A stretch of 64,000 bases of DNA from a virus (lineage: Duplodnaviria > Caudoviricetes). Positions 55,669-64,000 of the stretch are shown here, in pieces. Under the pieces are notes generated by a model. That model was not told the DNA's origin and did not search any database. It saw only the letters and a list, made by a program, of their open reading frames with translations. Numbering within the stretch: position 1 is the stretch's first letter; each line of letters starts with the position of its first letter. The position numbers and the translations under genes were made by a program. The DNA lies in IMG/VR virus record IMGVR_UViG_3300033463_004353, positions 1 through 64,000 of that record. One strand, written 5' to 3'.

Positions 55669-58600
55669 ATGGATGGAAAAAACAAGAAACAATTGGTAAA
55701 GAAATCGGTACAAACAGAAAAGAGAGAGCTAGCAACTCCTACCGGACTTGGTTCATTTGACAAATACCTTAGAGGAGAGTCTACAAGAGACTCTCTGTTC
55801 ATAACTAGTGCCATCACCGGAACATCCGGAGACCAAGTCACTAATGCTATAAGTGCTATGAAGAGCAACAAGAGATCAATCTTAGGAGCAAACCAGTCAT
55901 TGTATGCTATGATCTCTGACATAAAAGAAAGCATTGCCAAGATGGATATAGACAATGCTATAAAAGGTATCAAAGATGCTATTGGTGGGATGGCAAAAGC
56001 TACTAATGTGAGTGACAAGCCTAAAGAGTCAATCAACTATTCAGGGATACTAGAATCTATCAATCAAGAGATTTCTGGCATAAGATCTTCAATAGACAAT
56101 AGCATCATCAAGGTAATAGAAGCTATAAATGCTGAAAGAGAGAACATCAACATAATAGAGAAGGTAGATGCAAGAATCTCAAAAGATAGCTTGTCTGAGA
56201 TAAAGAATGCAATAGAGAACAATTTCAAAGAGACTAATGGCAAAATAAAAGTCACGGTTGATGGGTTGAATGAGAAAGACATAGATGCATTGAGGAAGTT
56301 CTCTGAGATGAACATGAATGCACTTGGTGTGAATGCCGAGTGGGTAAGCACACTTGTTGAGATATTGTCAAAGACTAAGCCATTAGATATGTCAAACTCT
56401 AACAAGAACTTAGCTCAAATAGCTGAAATTCTGGACAACACTGCATGGATATTCTCAAAGCCAAGAGTCATGTTGCTAAATGCAATCATGGCTAAAGGTG
56501 GATCGATTGAAAATCTAGTTGGAAAGAATGGGGCAATGTCTGGATTGTTTGAAAAACTTAAGACAATCAAGCTAGATGAGAAGATGGATTTCACTAACAC
56601 AATAGATGCATTGAAAGATGTATCTGGCTTGATGGATAAAGTTATAAAGATGATGCCTTATTTTATTCTAATCAACAAGACATCAATGGCTAAAACTGTG
56701 TTGGATTCAATCAACGGGATAAAGGACATAATAGATGCGTCTGATATATGGAAGGATGGTAGTGAATATCCTAAAATAAAGAAATCTATAAGTGACACTA
56801 ATGAAGCGATAGACATCATAATGTCTACCGTGAAGTCTATTCAAGGATATAGTATAGCAAAGTCATTTTTAGATGATGGAAAAATAAACCAAATAAGAGA
56901 GCTATTTGAACATAACATAAAGTCTCTCTTAAGAGAGATATCAAGCAACAAAAAGGACTACACAGTTGAAAAGAACACTACAACACAAATAAAAAATAGT
57001 ATAGAAGACATCATATCTATTGTTGACAAAATATCAACACAAAAGGGAAATGACATCGATAAAGTAAAGAAAACATTGATTGGCATTGCTTCATTGTTTG
57101 GAATTAGTGTAGATGGCAAGAAAATGGATATCAACATAATGAAAAACTTGTTCCAAAGCTTAGGTTCATTGAAGGATGTCAGCAAGCAACAATCAGCAAA
57201 GATTGATTCTATTGCAAACCAAATGGAGTCAATAAAGACAATATTAGAAAGTATAAACTCCATTAGTGAGCTAAAGAAGATAGACAAAGACAAGATTATC
57301 AGCAATATCTCAAATTATTTTGAAACTATCAATGAGATCTACAAAGAGATAGATAGCAAGATAGACAAGATATATGAAATTTCTTCAAAAGTTGATGGAT
57401 TGAAAGCTGCCAATGAAAAGATAAAGGAAGGCATGGAAAGCATCAATGATGTTGCCGTCAAGACACAATCATCAACAAAAGAGATAGAAGATGCACAAGT
57501 AAACATAGAAGGCATGACAAAGTTCATCATAGCATCAACTATTGTCCTGTCTGTTGGTGCACTATTTGTCATGCTTGGTGGTGGCAAGTTCATAAAGGCA
57601 TCAATAGAATTTGCAGCCACATTGTCATTGTTTGAAGCATTAGTCTTGTTGCCAGTCATTACAACGGGTCCATTGTTGAAGAAGGCAATGCCATTAGGAA
57701 ATCAGATGAATGGCTTCATCCTCACTTGTGTTGGATCTATGATGATTGGTGCATTGTTTGTCATGCTTGGTGGTGGCAAGGCTTTGAAAGCATCATTGAT
57801 GTTTGGGATTGCACTCATGGCCTTTGAGACTCTAGTGATTGCTCCATTTATCTTGTTTGGCAAGTTCATGCCAACAATGAAAGCTAACTTAGAAGGCTTT
57901 GAGTACTTCATGCTAGCTTGTGTCGGCATAATGACAATTGGTGCATTGTTCATGATGCTAGACAATGGCACATTTGTCAAGAATGCTATCAATTTTGGCA
58001 TAACATTAATGATATTTGAAGCTATGGTCTTAGCACCAATATTGCTATTCAGCCATATTAGCAAAGATGCAAAGAATTCATTAGATGAGATGGTAGACTT
58101 CATGATAGCATCAGCAGCAATAATGACAATTGGTGCATTGTTCATGATGATAAAGAATGGTGCATATGCTAAGTATGCACTAGAGTTTGGCCTCACATTG
58201 ATGGCATTTGAAGCATTAGTGCTAGCACCATTCTTAGTCATGTCATTGTTAGCTAAAGATGCATTGAAAGGAGCAAAGCTATTCTCTGGCTTGACCATTG
58301 TGACAACAGCAATAATGACTATTGGCGCATTGTTCATGATGATAAAGAATGGTGCATATGCTAAGTATGCACTAGAGTTTGGTGCTACTCTCATGACATT
58401 TGAAGCATTAGTGCTAGCACCATTCTTAGTGTTTGGGTTGTTTGCTAAGAAAGCAAAAGCAAATGCAATAGAGTTGCTTGGATTGATTGCTGTTAGTGCT
58501 ACTATATTGATTGTTGGAAGTCTTACTTATGAATATCTTGATGGAGTAGAATCTCCTTTAGCATTTACTATCTTGCTTTCCGCATTCATAGCAGGAATGA

Positions 58601-61600
58601 CCCATGTATTCAATTGGGTTAGTGGCAACTTGAGTAGGACAACAATAAATGAATTGAAAGAGTTTAGTCTGCTAGTAGCAATAAGTGCTGCTATATTGGT
58701 TGTTGGAAGCATTTCAATGAAGATAACTGGACCTTTGGCACCATTAGAATTTGCAGGACTATTGTCAGGATTTGTCTTAGTAATGTCTAAGGCAATGGGA
58801 TTGATGAGTAAAGCAATTGGCAAGAATCCAAAAGTCTTAGCTGATGCCGCTGTATTAGGAACTTTTGTGTTGATGACTTCTATATCATTGTCACTAGGTG
58901 CTATGTTTGTTGCTAAGTATGGTTTAGAGCCGGTCATCCAATATGGTGTGATACTACTAGCATTTGTTGGTAGCATGTCATTAGTTCTTGGATTGCTTGG
59001 AGCATTGTCTCCAGCATTGCTACCAGGTGAAGCTGCAGCTATAGGTCTTGGAGTAGCATTGTTGGCTTTGACAACGTCATTGACAATACTTGGCACATTG
59101 TTTGATGGCAAGCTAAACATCGAAGCTATAAACAATAACATATCAGCAATAGAAGAAATAGTATCTGTCGGTTTGCTATGGATGTTTGTCAAACTATCAA
59201 TTGTTGGATTGCAAGCTTCACTTGGAATATATGGTGCATTAGCGATATCTGGTGCTTTATTAGCATTAAGCACAACATTCAAGATAATAGATATCATGTT
59301 AAAAGAAACAGATGTTGAATCTAACTTTGATAAGCTAAATGACATAATTGGCTTATCTATGGCATGGTTCTTTGAAAAACTTATCCTTCTTTTACCATTT
59401 GCCATTCTTGGCGGTACATCTGCATTGCTGATAAGCACTACTTTGCTAGCTCTATCTGGATCATTGAAGATTGTTAGCTTGATTATGGAAGACTATAGTA
59501 GTGTAAAATCTGGTTTAGACAATTTGACAAACTTGATATCAGGCAAAGATTCTAACCTTTGGGCATTATTTGGAAAGATAATAGCATTAGGAGCTGTTTC
59601 TATATTAGCTAGACCGGCAGTAAGGAGCTTCTCTTCAACAATGAAAATACTCTCAAATGCAATGGTGTCTATAGCTGAAGGTGAAGAGGCTATCAACAAG
59701 ATGAACATATCTGACAATTCTGAAGAAGTTATCAAGAATATCAATGCATTCATAAGCATTGGAAATGGAATAGACAAAGATGGATTAGATAAGCTAAAGA
59801 AGAATATTCGTCGTGTAAGATATCCAATTAGTGAGTTGTCAACAGTGATGATGCTAGTTGGAAGCACCGTAAAAGACTTAGCTGACATGAAAGTAGCTAT
59901 AGCATGGGACAAGAATGGAAATGCAATAAGATGGAGGCAGATAAGCCAGTCAGATTTTGATCTAGCGAAGGATAACATAAAAGACATATTGAACAATACA
60001 TTTGAAGGCCTGAGCAAAGCATTAGAAGTGATAGATGATTCTAAGAGGGCAAGCTTGTTGAAGAAAGTCATCAACTCATCATTGAAGATTGGTGATATGA
60101 TATCTAACATTGCATTAGGGATATCTAACATGGCTATCTTGTCAGTTGCCAATTCATTTGACCAAACAACTGGAAAGCCAACATCATTCAAGAGATTGTC
60201 TGAAAGCCATTTCTCAGAAGCAAGACAGAACATAAAGCAAATATTGACAAATACATTTGATGCGTTGAAAGAAGTATACAATGACTTAGACAATTCTAAT
60301 CTGCTAGACAGTGATTTCTTGGGCCTTGGCAGCACACCAATAGACAAGATAGTGAATGCATCAATGAATGTCTCAAACATGATTTCTGCAATTGTTGAAT
60401 CATTGTTCTATATGGCATCTATGGAATTCCCTGTATATGAGAATGGCAAAATTGCTAAATACCAAAAGATTGGTGCTAAAGAGTTTGATGATGCTAATGC
60501 TAATATATTGAAAATAATAACTGACCAATTTGACACATTAGAAAGCCTAGCACAAAGGCCTGATTTGAAGAATGCTTTATCATGGGACACATGGTTCACT
60601 AGGAGTGATGCCGGAAAGATAATAAAGATGGCAATGGACATGTCTTCTATGATATCAAATTTGGCAACTGGAATATCAATGATGGCTACTATGCAAATAG
60701 CTAACAGATGGGATCCAAAGACAGGAAAGCCGATTGGATATGTTAAAGTGACAGACGCTGAAATGATAGAAGCATCCAACAATGTTGTCAAGATAATCAA
60801 TGCATTGCTTGGTGGTGGTGAAAATGGAATAAAGTTCAATAAAATATCTTCTAACAAAGAAACAATAAAGAAAGCTATAGAATCTGTCAACCCAATAAGT
60901 GAGATGATATCATCTTTAGCCGATGGGATTGTCAAGCTAGCATCCGGACAGGTACCTAATAAATGGAACAATGATGGAGTTGCTATTGGATATGACACTA
61001 TCAACAGTGAAACATATGTAAAGATAGGTGAAGTTGTTGGAGACATCATAACAGCTGTTCCAAAAGCTTTGATTGAATTGGCAAATGATAAAAAAAATAA
61101 AAAATTTTTTGATGGTGGTAATAATCCACAGTTGAAAGACATAATAGAATCAGTAAGTGGAGTGACTGAAATAGTTTCAAGCATTGCTGATAGTGTTGTA
61201 AAGTTTGCTCAAGGAAAGATTCCAGTATACAAAGATGGAAAGATAATAAGGTATGATGATATCAACTTTGGTGATGAAAATGGAAAGGGTGGAATAGTAG
61301 AAAAACTATCTACAGTCATTAGCTCTATAATAACAGCAACAAGTGATGCTATAATCAACTGCTATAATGCTAATGACAAGATGTTCTCAACAACAGGTGA
61401 AAACACCCCATTCTCAACAGCTGTAAATGGAATATCATCATCAATATCTATTGTGTCAAATCTAGTGTCTGCAGTAGTGTCATTAGGCAATGCACGACTT
61501 CCGAAGAGAATTGATCCAAAGACAGGCAATGTACTTGAGTATGAAGATTTAGGAAGCAGTGTAGACAAAATACTAGAGAATTTGAAGAAGATTATTGATA

Positions 61601-63267
61601 CAGGAGATGGCAAAAGCTTGTTGATGACTATTCCTACAATGATCAGCACGTTGTATGAAAAAATAAGTACTGGTAATTTAAATAAAAACATTGATGAAGT
61701 AAAAAATTTCATTAATCCGTCTATTGAAATGATTTCATCTGTTGCTAAGACAATTGTAGACATTTCTTCTTACAAGATACCATTAGGGTTTGACAAAGAT
61801 GGCAAAGCAAATGGATATGAGGTATTTAACCAAGCTCATATAGGAAAAATGAAAGAAAATGCATTGAACATGATAAATGCATTATCAGGAATATTCAATG
61901 ATGTAAATTTGAAAACAAATGTAGAAAATGCTTTGAAAAACTCTGATGATATCAACAAGAACATTACAAGTATAATCAACAACTTTGAAATAATAGTAAG
62001 TGGATTGAAAGGATTGCATGAAGACTATTCTGGAACTATTGCTAAGATATTAGAATATAATAGATCTAAAGACAAGAGTCTTGCTAATGACATAGTCACG
62101 GTGATAAACTCATTTAGCAGTGCACTTAGTGATGAGTCAAAGATAAACATGATAAGCAAGAGCATATCAGACAAGATAAGTGATGGGATTCTATCAACTA
62201 ATGATGCTATAAGGAACATCATCTCAACATTGTCTAATGTTGCATCTATGTATTCTGAATATGACTTTGAGTCAATGACAAGTCGTTTGAATGCTCTCGA
62301 CCCAGAAAAGATATTGCAAATGGTTTCTAAGATATCAACTATGATATCTAATGCGGACTCAACATTGCCGGCTTATGCAAGGATAGACAACATACAGAAA
62401 TTTATAAACCAGTCGTATAAAGTAAAGAACTTAATAGAAAGCTATATAGATGTTGCAAACTCTATTGGGAACTTGAGAGATGCTATACAAAAGAACAACA
62501 TAACATTAACAGATGTTGACATGAAGGTAGAAGATCTGCCAATGTCTGTAATGGGAGCGATAAAGTCTAAGATATCTAAGATAAGAGAAGACATAAACTC
62601 AATTGGATACTCTTCTAAAGGCTTAGGCATGATGGCATCTGACTTAGACAGGCTCTCTAGAGCTATAAACAACACACCAGTTGACATCGATAAGAAGATA
62701 AATAGCTTGAAGCAATCATTAGACAACATATCTAAGATAGATGAGACAAACATAGCAGAATTCAACAATCAAGTAGAAAGCATTGACAAGTATGTGAATA
62801 CAGTGAATAGCATTGATATCAAAAAGGCTAACTCAATGGCAGAGATAGCTAGCCAAATGAGATCTTATGTTACACAACTATCTAAGATGGACAGTGTTGC
62901 AGACATGCTATACAAGCTATCTAGAGTGCTAGAAGAAGTGAACTCAAGCTTGCATGAGTCTAAGGACGTTGTAGAAGGAGCTAGAATGATACAAGACAAG
63001 AGAACTGAGAAGATGAATGAGTCTATCAAGACGATAAAGGAGATAATGGATAAAGAGCTCATTGTCAGGGTTTCATCTGACACAACAGAAAACACTGATG
63101 ACTACAATAGCAATTCAATCTCAACTGCAACACCAGAATACAATAATTTAATTGGAACTGAATATGGTAAAGGTGCCACACCAAACAGCAATGACAACAA
63201 TTCATTAAGCAAACAGAAAAACAAAGCAAATGAAGCAAAAGCAAGAGGAGGAAAATCTATAAAATGA
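55669..63267 (+). CDS. Tape-measure-like protein, 2532 aa
   Basis: Very long helical protein with a central hydrophobic region of ~64-aa repeats; late motif at 55609-55618. Confidence 0.8.
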   Translation: MDGKNKKQLVKKSVQTEKRELATPTGLGSFDKYLRGESTRDSLFITSAITGTSGDQVTNAISAMKSNKRSILGANQSLYAMISDIKESIAKMDIDNAIKGIKDAIGGMAKATNVSDKPKESINYSGILESINQEISGIRSSIDNSIIKVIEAINAERENINIIEKVDARISKDSLSEIKNAIENNFKETNGKIKVTVDGLNEKDIDALRKFSEMNMNALGVNAEWVSTLVEILSKTKPLDMSNSNKNLAQIAEILDNTAWIFSKPRVMLLNAIMAKGGSIENLVGKNGAMSGLFEKLKTIKLDEKMDFTNTIDALKDVSGLMDKVIKMMPYFILINKTSMAKTVLDSINGIKDIIDASDIWKDGSEYPKIKKSISDTNEAIDIIMSTVKSIQGYSIAKSFLDDGKINQIRELFEHNIKSLLREISSNKKDYTVEKNTTTQIKNSIEDIISIVDKISTQKGNDIDKVKKTLIGIASLFGISVDGKKMDINIMKNLFQSLGSLKDVSKQQSAKIDSIANQMESIKTILESINSISELKKIDKDKIISNISNYFETINEIYKEIDSKIDKIYEISSKVDGLKAANEKIKEGMESINDVAVKTQSSTKEIEDAQVNIEGMTKFIIASTIVLSVGALFVMLGGGKFIKASIEFAATLSLFEALVLLPVITTGPLLKKAMPLGNQMNGFILTCVGSMMIGALFVMLGGGKALKASLMFGIALMAFETLVIAPFILFGKFMPTMKANLEGFEYFMLACVGIMTIGALFMMLDNGTFVKNAINFGITLMIFEAMVLAPILLFSHISKDAKNSLDEMVDFMIASAAIMTIGALFMMIKNGAYAKYALEFGLTLMAFEALVLAPFLVMSLLAKDALKGAKLFSGLTIVTTAIMTIGALFMMIKNGAYAKYALEFGATLMTFEALVLAPFLVFGLFAKKAKANAIELLGLIAVSATILIVGSLTYEYLDGVESPLAFTILLSAFIAGMTHVFNWVSGNLSRTTINELKEFSLLVAISAAILVVGSISMKITGPLAPLEFAGLLSGFVLVMSKAMGLMSKAIGKNPKVLADAAVLGTFVLMTSISLSLGAMFVAKYGLEPVIQYGVILLAFVGSMSLVLGLLGALSPALLPGEAAAIGLGVALLALTTSLTILGTLFDGKLNIEAINNNISAIEEIVSVGLLWMFVKLSIVGLQASLGIYGALAISGALLALSTTFKIIDIMLKETDVESNFDKLNDIIGLSMAWFFEKLILLLPFAILGGTSALLISTTLLALSGSLKIVSLIMEDYSSVKSGLDNLTNLISGKDSNLWALFGKIIALGAVSILARPAVRSFSSTMKILSNAMVSIAEGEEAINKMNISDNSEEVIKNINAFISIGNGIDKDGLDKLKKNIRRVRYPISELSTVMMLVGSTVKDLADMKVAIAWDKNGNAIRWRQISQSDFDLAKDNIKDILNNTFEGLSKALEVIDDSKRASLLKKVINSSLKIGDMISNIALGISNMAILSVANSFDQTTGKPTSFKRLSESHFSEARQNIKQILTNTFDALKEVYNDLDNSNLLDSDFLGLGSTPIDKIVNASMNVSNMISAIVESLFYMASMEFPVYENGKIAKYQKIGAKEFDDANANILKIITDQFDTLESLAQRPDLKNALSWDTWFTRSDAGKIIKMAMDMSSMISNLATGISMMATMQIANRWDPKTGKPIGYVKVTDAEMIEASNNVVKIINALLGGGENGIKFNKISSNKETIKKAIESVNPISEMISSLADGIVKLASGQVPNKWNNDGVAIGYDTINSETYVKIGEVVGDIITAVPKALIELANDKKNKKFFDGGNNPQLKDIIESVSGVTEIVSSIADSVVKFAQGKIPVYKDGKIIRYDDINFGDENGKGGIVEKLSTVISSIITATSDAIINCYNANDKMFSTTGENTPFSTAVNGISSSISIVSNLVSAVVSLGNARLPKRIDPKTGNVLEYEDLGSSVDKILENLKKIIDTGDGKSLLMTIPTMISTLYEKISTGNLNKNIDEVKNFINPSIEMISSVAKTIVDISSYKIPLGFDKDGKANGYEVFNQAHIGKMKENALNMINALSGIFNDVNLKTNVENALKNSDDINKNITSIINNFEIIVSGLKGLHEDYSGTIAKILEYNRSKDKSLANDIVTVINSFSSALSDESKINMISKSISDKISDGILSTNDAIRNIISTLSNVASMYSEYDFESMTSRLNALDPEKILQMVSKISTMISNADSTLPAYARIDNIQKFINQSYKVKNLIESYIDVANSIGNLRDAIQKNNITLTDVDMKVEDLPMSVMGAIKSKISKIREDINSIGYSSKGLGMMASDLDRLSRAINNTPVDIDKKINSLKQSLDNISKIDETNIAEFNNQVESIDKYVNTVNSIDIKKANSMAEIASQMRSYVTQLSKMDSVADMLYKLSRVLEEVNSSLHESKDVVEGARMIQDKRTEKMNESIKTIKEIMDKELIVRVSSDTTENTDDYNSNSISTATPEYNNLIGTEYGKGATPNSNDNNSLSKQKNKANEAKARGGKSIK
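58115..58430 (+). repeat. Near-identical 124-nt intragenic direct repeats, 192-nt period
   Basis: 58115-58238 versus 58307-58430, both encoding IMTIGALFMMIKNGAYAKYALEFG. Confidence 0.9.
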
Positions 63268-63437
63268 GCAAGCACTACAACATATACTATAAAGGTGAGA
63301 AGATCAACAAGACACCATTAGATGGTGAACACATGAAGAAGATTGATGAAGAGAAATTCATATACAAGAAAGTGAATGACTCAACATTCAAGATTCCAGT
63401 TGATAAGACTAGAAAAATAAAATGCACACTTATTTGA
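63264..63437 (+). CDS. Small basic protein (57 aa), not in ORF track
   Basis: ATGA overlap with the tape-measure stop; MSKHYNIYYKGEKINK... Confidence 0.65.
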   Translation: MSKHYNIYYKGEKINKTPLDGEHMKKIDEEKFIYKKVNDSTFKIPVDKTRKIKCTLI

Positions 63438-63440
63438 CTT

Positions 63441-64000
63441 ATGATGACACTTAATGGAAGACAGGATGGATTTAGGATAAAGCTGCCAGATGACTTCATA
63501 GTTGATGAGATAAAAGAGAAATACACATCAATAATCAAGCGACAGAAAAGCTTCATCACTAAACCTATTGACTTCTTGAATGAGACTATACAATCTGTCC
63601 AAGTGCTTGGATTCGTAAATGCTTCTATGCAACAGCAGCAATCTGCAAATGGGAAGCCATTGATAAACCAGTCAAGGGCAGAGCAAAACAGGTTCCCACA
63701 CACAGCAACAGAGTACTCTTACAGATCACAGAAAAACCCAATTGCATTAGTTGACAAGACTTTGAACATATACTTTAGGCATACTCTTGGTTTTGTGAAC
63801 TACTTCTTGATGTTTGAGAACTTCTTCTACTTGTATTCTAGAGACACAAAGTCAGACAAGCTAATTTCAAACTTCAACATTGACATATTGAATGACATTG
63901 GTGAAGTGTATTCTAGGATAGTGATAATGGACCCAATCATAAATGGCATAGACATGCTAGACTTGTCTTACCAAAACCCTATAGCTAACATGCAGAACTT
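63441..64000 (+). CDS. Tail/baseplate structural protein, partial (runs off the window)
   Basis: Open frame from ATG 63441 to the window end, downstream of the tape-measure gene. Confidence 0.65.
   Translation, partial: MMTLNGRQDGFRIKLPDDFIVDEIKEKYTSIIKRQKSFITKPIDFLNETIQSVQVLGFVNASMQQQQSANGKPLINQSRAEQNRFPHTATEYSYRSQKNPIALVDKTLNIYFRHTLGFVNYFLMFENFFYLYSRDTKSDKLISNFNIDILNDIGEVYSRIVIMDPIINGIDMLDLSYQNPIANMQN

Noticed and set aside
55557-56036. N-terminal 160-aa extension of the ORF-track call 55050..56036
   Set aside because: It overlaps the tape-measure gene in antisense and crosses two promoter motifs. The real start is most likely ATG 55556.
1-64000. tRNA/tmRNA genes, introns, inteins, homing endonucleases, IS elements
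   Set aside because: I saw no T-loop/cloverleaf signatures in the intergenic gaps. Topoisomerase, helicase, DnaK and NadE ORFs are uninterrupted and of normal length, and no transposase or HNH/LAGLIDADG motifs were recognised.

Overview
This window is a 64 kb segment of a large (jumbo-type) T4-like myovirus genome. It is densely coding and uses the standard genetic code. The host is most likely a Bacteroidota (Prevotella/Bacteroides-like) species, inferred from the lack of Shine-Dalgarno motifs, A-rich start regions, a BspA-type LRR domain, an SPII lipoprotein and the DnaK sequence. Replication, metabolism and accessory genes lie mostly on the - strand: a two-subunit type II topoisomerase, a sigma-70 factor, DnaK and DnaJ, RuvC, a DinG-like helicase, a primase-SF2 helicase fusion, NadE, NUDIX, an FNT channel, three glycosyltransferases, and an Rnl2 ligase with a HAD phosphatase. 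Virion genes include collagen and Ig-like fibres, gp25- and gp6-like baseplate proteins, a gp13-like neck protein, a 1584-aa wedge/adhesin protein and a 2532-aa tape-measure-like protein. Two recurring upstream motifs split the genes into these same two classes: CTAT(T/A/G)TT and TTATT(T/A)TTAA. The best candidate for an undescribed system is a ~360-nt, highly structured, apparently non-coding element at 36581-36939 (-). Its ends base-pair, it carries twin (CTTTGN)x3 repeats, and it lies directly downstream of a 294-aa coiled-coil protein gene that has its own promoter motif. An NDP-kinase/ferritin fusion that looks capsid-targeted is the next most notable feature. All family assignments come from reading motifs by eye; no database searches were run.
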